Assembly (NCBI GenBank): GCA_002083645.1
Contig: MSXQ01000013.1
Coordinates: forward strand, 10,769-74,768
From: Proteobacteria bacterium ST_bin13
GTDB lineage: Bacteria; Pseudomonadota; Alphaproteobacteria; Sphingomonadales; Sphingomonadaceae
DNA: 64,000 bases
Reading direction: 5' to 3'
The position numbers were made by a program, and so were the translations under genes. Positions 43,707 to 53,099 of the stretch are shown here, piece after piece (position 1 is the stretch's first letter; every line of letters starts with the position of its first letter). The notes under the pieces were generated by a model, which worked only from the letters and a program-made list of their open reading frames with translations, searched no databases and had not been told where the DNA came from.

Positions 43707-44327
43707 ATGGCTTTCGAATTGCCCGCACTGCCCTATGCCAAGGGCGCACTTGCCCCCGTGATGTCGGCCGAGACGTTCGATTTCCATCATGGCAAGCACC
43801 ACAAGGCGTATGTCGACAAGACCAACGGCATGCTGCTGCAGCACGGCCTGGAAAATGCGAAGCTTACCGACGTGATCAAGCACGCCAAGGACAAGGGCGA
43901 CAAGGGCCTGTTCAACAATTCGGCGCAGATCTGGAACCACACATTTTTCTGGCATTCGCTGACGCCAAATTATGCCGCGCCGACGGGCAAGCTGGCCGAG
44001 ATGATCGCCAGCGAGTTTGGCACGACCGAAGAACTGGTGAAGCAACTGGTCGCAGAATCGACCAACCACTTCGCGAGCGGCTGGGGCTGGCTGGTGCTCG
44101 ATGGCGGCAAGCTGAAGGTGACGTCGCTGCACGATGCCGACACGCCAGTCGTCTATGATGGCATGAAGCCCCTGCTGACGATCGACGTGTGGGAACACGC
44201 TTATTACATCGATTATCGCAATGCCCGGCCGGGGTATCTGGAAGCGGTGACGGGCAAGATTCTCAACTGGGAATTTGCCGCGCAGAACCTGGACGGTGCG
44301 GGCATTTCGCGCGCTGACCAGGGTTGA
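43707..44327 (+). CDS. sodB: Superoxide dismutase (Fe type)
   Basis: AFELPALPYA, FHHGKHH, AQIWNHTFFW and DVWEHAYY motifs. AGGAGA SD. Confidence 0.92.
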   Translation: MAFELPALPYAKGALAPVMSAETFDFHHGKHHKAYVDKTNGMLLQHGLENAKLTDVIKHAKDKGDKGLFNNSAQIWNHTFFWHSLTPNYAAPTGKLAEMIASEFGTTEELVKQLVAESTNHFASGWGWLVLDGGKLKVTSLHDADTPVVYDGMKPLLTIDVWEHAYYIDYRNARPGYLEAVTGKILNWEFAAQNLDGAGISRADQG

Positions 44328-44333
44328 TTGCAT

Positions 44334-44361
44334 AGCGCCTCGCCCATCCGGGCGGGGCGCT
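44334..44361. terminator. 12-bp GC-rich hairpin between convergent sodB and yciB
   Basis: AGCGCCTCGCCC-atcc-GGGCGGGGCGCT (one G-U pair). It overlaps the yciB stop codon. Confidence 0.5.
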
Positions 44362-44980
44362 AGCCTTCGGGCGGGATCGGCGGCGCGTTGCCGTCCATCT
44401 GCATGCCATGCTTCATCAGCATCGGCAGATTGGCGATTGCGAATAACATCGTCATCGGGATCACGCCCCATAATTTATAGGCGACCCAGAAATCCCAGCT
44501 GGTGTTGCGCCAGACGGCTTCATTCAGCACCGCCTGCACGATAAAAAATGCCGCCCAGTTGATCGTCAGCTGGCGCCAGCCCTTTGGGCTGAGCCCGGGA
44601 TAAGCGGATTCGAGCACGAATTGCAGCAGGGGGCGACCAGTGACGAGCCCGAAAATCAGCACACTCGCGAACATCAGATAAATGATCGTCGGCTTGATTT
44701 TGATGAAGGTCTCATCGTGAAAATAGATGGTCAGGCCACCAAAGACCATCACCAACAGGCCCGACATCCACAGCATTGGTGAGATGTGGCCGGTCTTCCA
44801 GCGGGAGATGATCATCGCGATCACCGTTGCCGTCATGAAGGCGATCGTTGCGGTAATTACCCGGCCGATCTGCGGCCCGCCGACTAAGCCGTTGACGGCG
44901 AAAAACACGATCAGCGGCCCGAAATCGATCGCCATGCGTAAGCCCGGCGGCGCTGCCTTGGGGGAGGATTGATCAGCCAT
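44360..44980 (-). CDS. yciB: Intracellular septation protein A (YciB/IspZ)
   Basis: 206 aa polytopic (DFGPLIVFFAVN ...). Start overlaps the end of ftsY by 8 nt. Confidence 0.85.
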   Translation of the reverse strand: MADQSSPKAAPPGLRMAIDFGPLIVFFAVNGLVGGPQIGRVITATIAFMTATVIAMIISRWKTGHISPMLWMSGLLVMVFGGLTIYFHDETFIKIKPTIIYLMFASVLIFGLVTGRPLLQFVLESAYPGLSPKGWRQLTINWAAFFIVQAVLNEAVWRNTSWDFWVAYKLWGVIPMTMLFAIANLPMLMKHGMQMDGNAPPIPPEG

Positions 44981-45905
44981 TTCTGGGTCTTTCCACGCCT
45001 GCGATGATCCGCGCAACTTCGTTCGCATCAAAGGGTCGCAAATCGCCAACCCCTTCACCGACGCCAATGGCATGGATGGGCAGCCCGAACTGCTCCGCTG
45101 CGGCCACCAGAACACCGCCGCGCGCCGTGCCATCAAGCTTGGTCATGACCAGTCCGGTCACTCCGGCGACTTCTTTGAACACTTCGATTTGCGATAAGGC
45201 GTTCTGGCCGGTGGTGGCATCCAGCACCAGCACCACGTCATGCGGCGATGCCGGATCGATCTTGCCCAGCATCCGCTTGATCTTGGCGAGCTCATCCATC
45301 AATTCGCGCTTGTTCTGCAGGCGTCCGGCCGTGTCCACGATCAACGCGTCGATCCCCGTCGCGGTCGCCTTCTTGACGGCATCAAAGACGATTCCAGCGG
45401 CGTCGCCCCCCTCGGGTCCGCGCACGATCGGCACGCCAATCCGGTCGGCCCAGGTCGCCAGCTGGCCGATCGCCGCGGCGCGGAACGTGTCGCCCGCGGC
45501 GAGCATCACGCCATAATCCTGTTCGGTAAACAGATGCGCCAATTTGGCGATCGTCGTCGTCTTGCCCGATCCATTGACGCCAATCACCAGAATGACATGG
45601 GGGCGCGGAAAAGCGCTGATTTCAAGCGGGCGGGCGACCTTGGCCAGCACCTTTTCAATCTCTTCGGCAACGATCACCCGGATGCCGAGCTCTTCCATAT
45701 TGCGCTCAAAGGCACCTTCGGCGAGCCTTGCCCTGATCCGCGCTGCTGTCGTCGGGCCAAGATCTGAAGCGATCAGCGCCTCCTCAATCTGGTCCAGCGT
45801 ATCCGTGTCGAGTCTGGCCGATCCAAGGCCCGCAAGGTTACCAATCAGGCGATCTGAGGTGCGCTTGAAGCCGCCAAGCAGCTTTTCATGCCAGGCGGTG
45901 GTCAT
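44973..45905 (-). CDS. ftsY: Signal recognition particle receptor FtsY (short form, NG domain)
   Basis: GVNGSGKTTTIAKLA, DTAGRL and TKLDGTARGG. Confidence 0.95.
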   Translation of the reverse strand: MTTAWHEKLLGGFKRTSDRLIGNLAGLGSARLDTDTLDQIEEALIASDLGPTTAARIRARLAEGAFERNMEELGIRVIVAEEIEKVLAKVARPLEISAFPRPHVILVIGVNGSGKTTTIAKLAHLFTEQDYGVMLAAGDTFRAAAIGQLATWADRIGVPIVRGPEGGDAAGIVFDAVKKATATGIDALIVDTAGRLQNKRELMDELAKIKRMLGKIDPASPHDVVLVLDATTGQNALSQIEVFKEVAGVTGLVMTKLDGTARGGVLVAAAEQFGLPIHAIGVGEGVGDLRPFDANEVARIIAGVERPRNG

Positions 45906-47182
45906 GCCGGTACCCCGATCAACCGCGTGCCATCGACGCCAGTGATGGTCATCGCCACAATTTCTCCTACCATCGTCGGGTGCGCCGGGTCACCGGGAAC
46001 ACGGATCTCGGCAAAATTCGGTGCGTGGCCGCGATCACCGGGGCGCTCAACAAGAATTGGCTGGACCGAGCCGACTTGGCCAGCCAGCCACGCCGTCCGG
46101 CGCGCGGACGCGGCGTCTCGCAGCACTGCCGCGCGCGCTTTGCGGATCGCGGGCGATACCTGCGGCATGCGTGCGGCCGGGGTGCCCTCACGGGGCGAAT
46201 AAGGAAAGATATGCGCGTGGACGATATCGCAATCATCGATCAGCGCCGCGCTGTTGGCGAACATGGCGTCATCCTCGGTAGGAAATCCTGCAATCAGGTC
46301 AGCACCGATTGCAATGCTTGGCCGGGCGCGCTTCAAGCGCTCGACGATCCGCACTGAATCAGCGCGACTATGCCGCCGCTTCATGCGTTTCAGGATCATG
46401 TCGTCGCCAGCCTGCAAGGACAAATGAAGGTGCGGCATGATCCGTGGCTCACCCGTCACAAGCTCAAACAGCCGATCATCAATTTCAATCGAATCGAGCG
46501 ATGAAAGCCGCAATCTTTGCAGCGTCGGCACGTGCCGCAAGATTCGCTCAATCAGCATCGCCAGCGTCGGACTGCCGGGCAGATCGGGGCCATAGCTGGT
46601 CAAGTCGACCCCGGTAAGGACGATTTCCTGATAGCCGCCGGCGACGAGTGACGCGACACGATCGACCACGGCGCCGGCCGGCACCGAACGGCTATTTCCA
46701 CGGCCATGCGGGATAATGCAAAAGCTGCAGCGATGATCACAGCCATTTTGCACCTCAACAAAGGCGCGGGCATGCGCATCAAAGCTGGCGGCTAGGTGCG
46801 GGCTGGTCGTGCGCACCGCCATGATGTCGCTGACCATCACAGGTGCGGTGCCGCTCCAAGCGGCCGGATCAAGCTTTTCGGCATTGCCGATCACGCGGGA
46901 GACTTCGGGCATAGCAGCGAAGCCCGCCGGATCGATCTGCACCGCGCACCCTGTCACGACAATGGCGGCTTCGGGACGGTCCCGGTGGGCGCGGCGGATC
47001 GCTGCGCGAGTCTCGCGCACTGCGCGCTGGGTCACGGCGCAACTGTTGATAACGACCATATCGCGCCCGGCATTGATGGTGCGGATTGTCTCGCTCTCGG
47101 CCAGGTTCAGCCGGCAACCAAGCGTGATGATTTCCGGATCAACGCTGCGGGCAGCAACAGGGGCAGGGGCGATGGCGGGCAT
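45902..47182 (-). CDS. mtaB: tRNA methylthiotransferase MtaB (radical SAM MiaB-like)
   Basis: TLGCRLN MTTase N-domain, radical SAM CDHRCSFC, C-terminal TRAM-like region. Stop overlaps the ftsY start. Confidence 0.85.
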   Translation of the reverse strand: MPAIAPAPVAARSVDPEIITLGCRLNLAESETIRTINAGRDMVVINSCAVTQRAVRETRAAIRRAHRDRPEAAIVVTGCAVQIDPAGFAAMPEVSRVIGNAEKLDPAAWSGTAPVMVSDIMAVRTTSPHLAASFDAHARAFVEVQNGCDHRCSFCIIPHGRGNSRSVPAGAVVDRVASLVAGGYQEIVLTGVDLTSYGPDLPGSPTLAMLIERILRHVPTLQRLRLSSLDSIEIDDRLFELVTGEPRIMPHLHLSLQAGDDMILKRMKRRHSRADSVRIVERLKRARPSIAIGADLIAGFPTEDDAMFANSAALIDDCDIVHAHIFPYSPREGTPAARMPQVSPAIRKARAAVLRDAASARRTAWLAGQVGSVQPILVERPGDRGHAPNFAEIRVPGDPAHPTMVGEIVAMTITGVDGTRLIGVPA

Positions 47183-47232
47183 TGCCGCCGATCTAGGGGC
47201 CGCCCCCGGTGAAGTCCACTGCACCGCGGCGA

Positions 47233-48888
47233 TTAGCCCGCCTTGCGCGCTTCATCGTCGGAGACATCCAGATCAGGCGCCTTTGCAGGCGCGTTCCGCA
47301 GCAGCCGCTTTTCGGCGAGGAGGCGACGCGCATTTCCAGCCGTTAGCGGGCGCCCGTAAAGATAGCCCTGGCCCTTGCTGCATCCCATTGCGCGAAGCCG
47401 TTCCTCGATCGCGGCATCCTCGATTCCTTCTGCGGTGATCGGCAGGTTCAGGCTCTCGCCAAGCCGCACGATCGCATTGACGATCGCGGCGCTTTCAGCG
47501 TTCACATTAATCGATCCGACAAAGCTGCGATCGATCTTGATCCGGTCAAAAGGTAGGGCGCGCAGATGGGCGAGCGAACTATACCCCGTGCCGAAATCGT
47601 CCAGCGCGATGCGGATGCCCTGATTTTTGATACTGCCGACGATCGACTGCGCGAGCGCGAGATTGTCGAACAGCGCAACCTCGGTAATCTCCAGTTCCAG
47701 GCGGCTCGCTGGAAAGCCCGTCTCGGTGAGCACCTTGACGATTTTCTGCGCCAGCCAAGGGTCTTTGAGTTGCAGCGGAGAGATATTGACCGACAGGCTG
47801 AGGCTCTGTTCCCAATCTTTCGCGATCAAGCAGGCTTGGCGCATTACCGACAGCGACAAATCGCTGATCATCCCGATATCCTCGGCGATCGAGATGAATT
47901 TTTCAGGCGGGATCAGCCCGCGTGTGGGATGTTCCCATCGTGCCAGCACCTCAAAGCCAAACAATCGACCGGTGCTCAGGTCGATTTGCTGTTCGAAATA
48001 GGGGACGATTTCCTGCCGCGGGATCGCCGTGCGGAGCCCAACTTCAAGTTCGTTGCGCGCCTTGAGTTCACGCTCCATTGATTGGTCGAACCAGGCGAAG
48101 CGGTTGCGACCGGCATTTTTGGCCGCATACATGGCGATATCGGCGCTGCGCATCAGCGCATCGATGCTCGCACATCCATGATCAGTCCGGGCAATGCCGA
48201 TCGAGGCGCTAATCTGCAACTGCAGGCGATCGGACACAAAGGGCTGGGCGACCCGCGAAACTAGCCGTTCGGCGATCCGCTCGACTGTATCGGGATGCGC
48301 GGGATCAAACAGGAAAGCGCAGGCGAATTCATCGCCGCCCAGCCGACCCATCAACGCCACCGACGGCATCGCCCGGCCAATTTCTTCCGAAACCAGCCGC
48401 AACAGCCCATCGCCGGTGGCGTGGCCATGCATATCGTTGATTGTCTTGAAGTGATCGAGATCGAGCATCAGCATCGCCAATGCCTTTTGCCGACGCTCGG
48501 CCTGAACCAGCAACGCTGCGCCCTCTTCAGCCAGCGAGCGCCGATTGAGGAAGCCCGTCAACGGATCACGCGCTGCGAGCAATTGCGCGCGTTCTTCGGC
48601 GGCAGTCCTCACCTCAACCTCGCGGCGCAACTCATTATGACGCCGCCACCCGATCAGAATCAGGGCAACATTCAGCAACAGCGCAATCACCAATGTCCGG
48701 TCGGTTGGGTCACCGGCGGCGAAGTAATATTTGACCGCGCTCGACAGCGCAGAACTGCCCGTGCCGACAAACAACAAGATCGCCGCCACGGTGATCGCGC
48801 CGCTCGTCATGTCACGGCGAGCGGATTTTGGCTTATGGGCGTTATCGGCCATTTCCAGCGTCATTAGGGCATGCCCCCGTCGGTTCAT
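47233..48888 (-). CDS. Membrane-anchored GGDEF-EAL protein
   Basis: Two N-terminal TM helices, GGDEF (RLGGDEFACAF), EAL (FEVLARWEHP, DDFGTGYSS). Start could be 48888 or 48864. Confidence 0.88.
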   Translation of the reverse strand: MNRRGHALMTLEMADNAHKPKSARRDMTSGAITVAAILLFVGTGSSALSSAVKYYFAAGDPTDRTLVIALLLNVALILIGWRRHNELRREVEVRTAAEERAQLLAARDPLTGFLNRRSLAEEGAALLVQAERRQKALAMLMLDLDHFKTINDMHGHATGDGLLRLVSEEIGRAMPSVALMGRLGGDEFACAFLFDPAHPDTVERIAERLVSRVAQPFVSDRLQLQISASIGIARTDHGCASIDALMRSADIAMYAAKNAGRNRFAWFDQSMERELKARNELEVGLRTAIPRQEIVPYFEQQIDLSTGRLFGFEVLARWEHPTRGLIPPEKFISIAEDIGMISDLSLSVMRQACLIAKDWEQSLSLSVNISPLQLKDPWLAQKIVKVLTETGFPASRLELEITEVALFDNLALAQSIVGSIKNQGIRIALDDFGTGYSSLAHLRALPFDRIKIDRSFVGSINVNAESAAIVNAIVRLGESLNLPITAEGIEDAAIEERLRAMGCSKGQGYLYGRPLTAGNARRLLAEKRLLRNAPAKAPDLDVSDDEARKAG

Positions 48889-49016
48889 GGCCGGGAATGT
48901 ACCCGATGGTCGTGTAGATGATCTTAAACCGCATGGTTGCGAAACTATGACGGTTGAGCTAGAGGCGGGTTCGATCGCATCCTTCCAGGACGCAAATAGA
49001 GCATGCCCAAGGGCTA

Positions 49017-49058
49017 AGCTGGCCGACGAGGTTTCGTCCGCCAGCTTCTTTTGCGTTT
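49017..49058 (+). terminator. Strong intrinsic-terminator-like hairpin 35 nt upstream of ffh with no upstream plus-strand gene
   Basis: AGCTGGCCGACGA-ggtt-TCGTCCGCCAGCT (13-bp stem, one mismatch) followed by TCTTTTGCGTTT. Confidence 0.55.
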
Positions 49059-49092
49059 CCGGCGGGGGGTTGATCAGTAACGGAGTCTAACG

Positions 49093-50613
49093 ATGTTCGA
49101 CAGTCTCAGCGAACGGCTTGGCGGTGTGTTCGATCGGCTACGGGGGCGCGGTGCGCTGACCGAGGCGGACGTGCGCGCGGCGATGCGCGAAGTGCGCGTG
49201 GCGCTGCTTGAGGCTGACGTCGCGCTGCCGGTGGCGCGCGATTTCGTTGACAAGGTAACTGAGCAGGCCGTCGGCCAGAATGTGCTGCGATCGGTCACGC
49301 CGGGGCAAATGGTCGTCAAGATCGTCAACGATGCGCTGACCGAGATGCTGGGCGCCGACGAGAGCGAACTCGCGCTCGACGTGACCCCGCCGGCGATCAT
49401 CATGATGGTCGGTCTGCAGGGATCGGGCAAGACGACGACGACCGCCAAGATCGCCAAGCGACTGACCAAGCGCGACGGCAAGAAGGTGCTGATGGCGTCG
49501 CTCGACGTCAATCGCCCCGCTGCGCAGGAGCAGCTGGCGACACTCGGCACGCAGGCCGAAGTGGCGACGCTGCCGATCGTCGTCGGCCAGCGCCCTGTCG
49601 AGATTGCCCGGCGCGCGCTGCAGGCGGCGAAGCTGCAGGGCTATGACGTGCTGATGCTCGATACGGCGGGCCGGTTGCACGTCGACCAGGCGCTGATGGA
49701 CGAGATGAAGGCGATCGCCGACATCGCGACCCCCAATGAAATCCTGCTCGTGGTCGATGCCCTGACCGGCCAGGACGCGGTCAACGTCGCGCAGAACTTC
49801 AGCGAACAGGTGCCGCTGACCGGCGTGGTGCTGACCCGGATGGATGGCGATGCGCGCGGCGGTGCGGCGCTGTCGATGCGCGCCGTTACGGGCAAGCCGA
49901 TCAAGTTTGCCGGTACCGGCGAAAAGATGGACGCGATCGAGGCGTTCCATCCCGGCCGGGTTGCCGGGCGCATCCTGGGAATGGGCGATGTCGTCAGCCT
50001 CGTCGAGCGCGCGGCGGAATCGATCCAGGTCGAAGATGCCGAGCGCATGGCCGCGAAGATGGCCAAAGGGCTGTTCGATATGGACGATCTGCGCGCGCAA
50101 CTGGCGCAGATGCGGCGGATGGGGGGGCTCGGTGCGCTGGCGGGGATGATCCCCGGCATGAAGAAGGCGCAAGCCGCGGTGGCTTCGGGTGCCGCTGATG
50201 AGCGACTGCTGCTGCGGATGGACGCGATGATCACGTCGATGACGCAGAAGGAGCGCTCCAAACCCGAAATCCTCTCCGCCAAGCGCAAGATCCGCATCGC
50301 CAAGGGTAGTGGCACGACCGTGCAGGACGTGAACAAGCTGCTGAAGATGCACCAGGAAATGTCCACCGCCATGAAGAAGATCAAGAAGATGGGCGGCATG
50401 AAGGGCATGATGGCGATGCTCGGCAAAGGCGGCATGGGCGGCGGCCTGGGCGGCCTCGGCAATGCCATTGGTGGCCCCGAGCTTGGCGACATGATGGGCA
50501 AGGCGGGCGGTGGCCTGCCCGGCCTGGGCGGGGGCAATCCCCTGAATGGGCCCATGGGCGGCATGCCGAAACTGCCGCCGGGTTTCGAAAATTTCATCAA
50601 CAAGAAGAAATAA
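49093..50613 (+). CDS. ffh: Signal recognition particle protein Ffh
   Basis: GLQGSGKTTTTAKIA, DTAGRL, TRMDGDARGG, and a Met/Gly-rich M-domain tail. Confidence 0.95.
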   Translation: MFDSLSERLGGVFDRLRGRGALTEADVRAAMREVRVALLEADVALPVARDFVDKVTEQAVGQNVLRSVTPGQMVVKIVNDALTEMLGADESELALDVTPPAIIMMVGLQGSGKTTTTAKIAKRLTKRDGKKVLMASLDVNRPAAQEQLATLGTQAEVATLPIVVGQRPVEIARRALQAAKLQGYDVLMLDTAGRLHVDQALMDEMKAIADIATPNEILLVVDALTGQDAVNVAQNFSEQVPLTGVVLTRMDGDARGGAALSMRAVTGKPIKFAGTGEKMDAIEAFHPGRVAGRILGMGDVVSLVERAAESIQVEDAERMAAKMAKGLFDMDDLRAQLAQMRRMGGLGALAGMIPGMKKAQAAVASGAADERLLLRMDAMITSMTQKERSKPEILSAKRKIRIAKGSGTTVQDVNKLLKMHQEMSTAMKKIKKMGGMKGMMAMLGKGGMGGGLGGLGNAIGGPELGDMMGKAGGGLPGLGGGNPLNGPMGGMPKLPPGFENFINKKK

Positions 50614-50661
50614 CGGCTTCGGCCACAAATTATCTGATTAGAAAGAAGAGAGAACTAGATT

Positions 50662-51150
50662 ATGGCACTGAGCATTCGTTTGTCGCGTGGCGGCTCCAAG
50701 AAGCGTCCTTATTACCGTGTTGTCGTTGCTGACGCGCGGTCCCCGCGCGATGGCCGCTTCATTGAGAAGATCGGCACCTATAACCCGCTGCTCGCCAAGG
50801 ACAGCCCAGAGCGCATCAAGCTTGATACCGACCGTGCCAAGCATTGGCTGAGCGTCGGCGCGCAGCCGACCGATCGCGTCGCGCGTTTCCTTGACGTGCT
50901 GGGTGTCAAGGAGCGTCCGGCCCGCAGCAACCCCAACAAGGGCAAGCCCGGCGAAAAGGCCACCGAACGCGCTGAAGAACGTGCCGAGAAGCTGAAGGCG
51001 GCCGAGGAAGCCGCTGCCGAGGCAGCAGCCGCTCCCGCGCCTGAGCCTGAGCCCGAGGTTGTCGTCGAAGAGCCAGTCGCTGAAGAAGCGGTCGCCGAGG
51101 AAGCGGCGCCTGCAGCCGCTGAAACCGAAGAAAAGCCTGCTGAGGCATAA
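50662..51150 (+). CDS. rpsP: 30S ribosomal protein S16 with Ala/Glu-rich C-terminal extension
   Basis: [42 protein letters not shown]. Confidence 0.95.
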   Translation: MALSIRLSRGGSKKRPYYRVVVADARSPRDGRFIEKIGTYNPLLAKDSPERIKLDTDRAKHWLSVGAQPTDRVARFLDVLGVKERPARSNPNKGKPGEKATERAEERAEKLKAAEEAAAEAAAAPAPEPEPEVVVEEPVAEEAVAEEAAPAAAETEEKPAEA

Positions 51151-51626
51151 TGCCCACGGATCGCCCCGTTACCCTGGCCGTCGTGATCGGCGCGCATGGG
51201 GTGGCGGGGGAGGTGCGGCTGAAGGTCTTCGCTGACGACCTGAAGCCGTACAAGAACTTCAACCAAGGCGCTTTCACGCTGAGATCCGCGCGCGTCGGCA
51301 GCAACGGCACGATCGCGCGTTTTGCCGAAATCGTTGATCGCAATGCGGCAGAGGCGATGCGCGGCACCGAACTCACCGTTCCCCGTTCGACGCTGCCGCC
51401 CTTGGCGGAGGGCGAATATTATCATGCCGATATCCTGGGGCTGCCGGTGATGACCGATACGGGCGACGCCGTGGGGATCGTCGTGGCGATCGACAATTTC
51501 GGTGCTGGCGACGTGCTGGAAATTGAACGCCCGGACAAGAAGCGTTTCATGGTGCCGATGCGGGTGGAGGCGGTACCCGAATGGGATGACGCCCGGCTGA
51601 TCATCACGGCAAGCTATATCAGCTAA
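51150..51626 (+). CDS. rimM: 16S rRNA processing protein RimM
   Basis: TAATG overlap with rpsP. GAHGVAGEVRLKVF and PRC-barrel C-terminus. Confidence 0.88.
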   Translation: MPTDRPVTLAVVIGAHGVAGEVRLKVFADDLKPYKNFNQGAFTLRSARVGSNGTIARFAEIVDRNAAEAMRGTELTVPRSTLPPLAEGEYYHADILGLPVMTDTGDAVGIVVAIDNFGAGDVLEIERPDKKRFMVPMRVEAVPEWDDARLIITASYIS

Positions 51627-51670
51627 CGCCCCCTTGCGCTTCAACTCCCACTATGTTAGTAGGAGTTTAG

Positions 51671-52246
51671 ATGCATGAGTTGTCCGTTCCTTCGGCGCCT
51701 CCCTTGGATCACCCGCTTTGGTCCAAAATCTCCTGTTATTCGATCGGCCCTGCAGACGCGGCCTTTGGCTTTACTCACCGGCTTGCGCGTGAGAATGGCT
51801 GGACGGTTGCTTATGCCAACCGCGTCATTGAGGAATATCGTCGGTTCTGCTTTTTAGCAGTGACAGCGGGGCAGGAGGTTACCCCCTCCGATGCTGTCGA
51901 TCAGGCATGGCACCTGCACCTTACCTATACCCGTGATTATTGGGCGCGTTTTTGCCCCGATGTCCTGGGCTGCGCGCTCCATCATGGCCCAACTGCGGGC
52001 GGTGATGCCGAGCGCCATCGCTTTTTCGATCAGTACGCTGCCACGCTGAAGGCCTATGAAGCGGTCTTCGGCTTGCCCCCGGCCGATATCTGGCCCGGTG
52101 CGCAGCGGCGGCTGGTTGAGGACCCGAAAGCGTGGCGGGTCACCCCACGCGACTATCTAATCATTTCCAGGACGTCGCTGCGCCGGTGGTCGCTGTTCGC
52201 ACTTGCCGGATTGACCGCTGCGATCCTGTTTTGGTGGAGGAGCTGA
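51671..52246 (+). CDS. Hypothetical membrane-anchored protein (DUF1399 / glycine-rich-domain-protein-like motif)
   Basis: AGGAG SD. Contains the motif DQAWHLHLTYTRDYWARFC and a C-terminal TM WSLFALAGLTAAILFWW. The family assignment is from memory only. Confidence 0.55.
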   Translation: MHELSVPSAPPLDHPLWSKISCYSIGPADAAFGFTHRLARENGWTVAYANRVIEEYRRFCFLAVTAGQEVTPSDAVDQAWHLHLTYTRDYWARFCPDVLGCALHHGPTAGGDAERHRFFDQYAATLKAYEAVFGLPPADIWPGAQRRLVEDPKAWRVTPRDYLIISRTSLRRWSLFALAGLTAAILFWWRS

Positions 52247-52250
52247 AGTC

Positions 52251-53099
52251 ATGGAATTTGTGACCGGATTGGGCGTATTCGATCTTCCCGGTGGGGCATT
52301 TCTGGCGCTCTATGGCGCCCTGTTCGTAGTGGCGATCACCGCCAGCTTAGTCCTCGCTCGCGTAATGCGACCTGAGGGCCGTGCAATCCCCGAAAGTGAC
52401 CCTGATGCGCTCGCCTATCTGACCGGGGGCAGGGCGCGCATGGCGGAAAGCCTGGTTGCAAGCCTGTTAGAGGCAAAGGCGCTGATGATGGAGGGCAGCA
52501 ACAGATTGAGGATCGTCGCGCAACCCGGCGATGCACGCCCGGCGGGACGGGCGATATTGGCGCTACCTTCGCCCGCCTCTTGGGCGGCGGTAGCGCGCGC
52601 GGCGCGGTCACCGGCCGCGGCAATCGAGCAGAAGCTGATCCGATCCGGCCTGATGATCGACAAGGCGGACATGATGCCGCTGCGCTTTTGGCAGGCGGCG
52701 CCCTTTCTGCTGCTGATCGGCTTTGGCGCGATCAAGTGGCAAATTGGCCTAGCGCGCGACAAGCCGGTCGGGTTTCTGGCCGCCTTGCTGGTCGTGACGC
52801 TGGTCTTGGCGCTGATCCGGCTGCTGGCGGTTGATCGCCGAACCAAGGGCGGCCTGGCGGCGCTGTCCACGGCAAAGGAGCGCTTCGAGCGCCTGCGCCG
52901 GGCACCCGCTGCGGGTGAGGCGGCGCTTGCGGTGGCGCTGTTCGGTACAACGGTGCTGGCAGGATCAGCGCTGTCCGACTTTCACCGGATGCGCGCGGCG
53001 AGCGGCGGAGACGCCGGGGTTGCGAGTGACAGCGGGTCGAGCGACGGCAGCAGCGGTGGGGGCTGTGGCGGTGGTGGCTGCGGCGGGTGCGGTAGCTGA
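52251..53099 (+). CDS. TIGR04222-like membrane protein with C-terminal Gly/Cys tail
   Basis: N-terminal TM helix, a central pair of TM helices, and tail ASDSGSSDGSSGGGCGGGGCGGCGS. GGAGGAG SD lies inside the end of the upstream gene. Confidence 0.6.
   Translation: MEFVTGLGVFDLPGGAFLALYGALFVVAITASLVLARVMRPEGRAIPESDPDALAYLTGGRARMAESLVASLLEAKALMMEGSNRLRIVAQPGDARPAGRAILALPSPASWAAVARAARSPAAAIEQKLIRSGLMIDKADMMPLRFWQAAPFLLLIGFGAIKWQIGLARDKPVGFLAALLVVTLVLALIRLLAVDRRTKGGLAALSTAKERFERLRRAPAAGEAALAVALFGTTVLAGSALSDFHRMRAASGGDAGVASDSGSSDGSSGGGCGGGGCGGCGS

Noticed and set aside
48961-48985. tRNA T-arm-like GGTTCGATC in the ffh upstream spacer
   Set aside because: The flanking bases (GCGGG...GCATC) cannot form the T stem, and no acceptor or anticodon arms are present.
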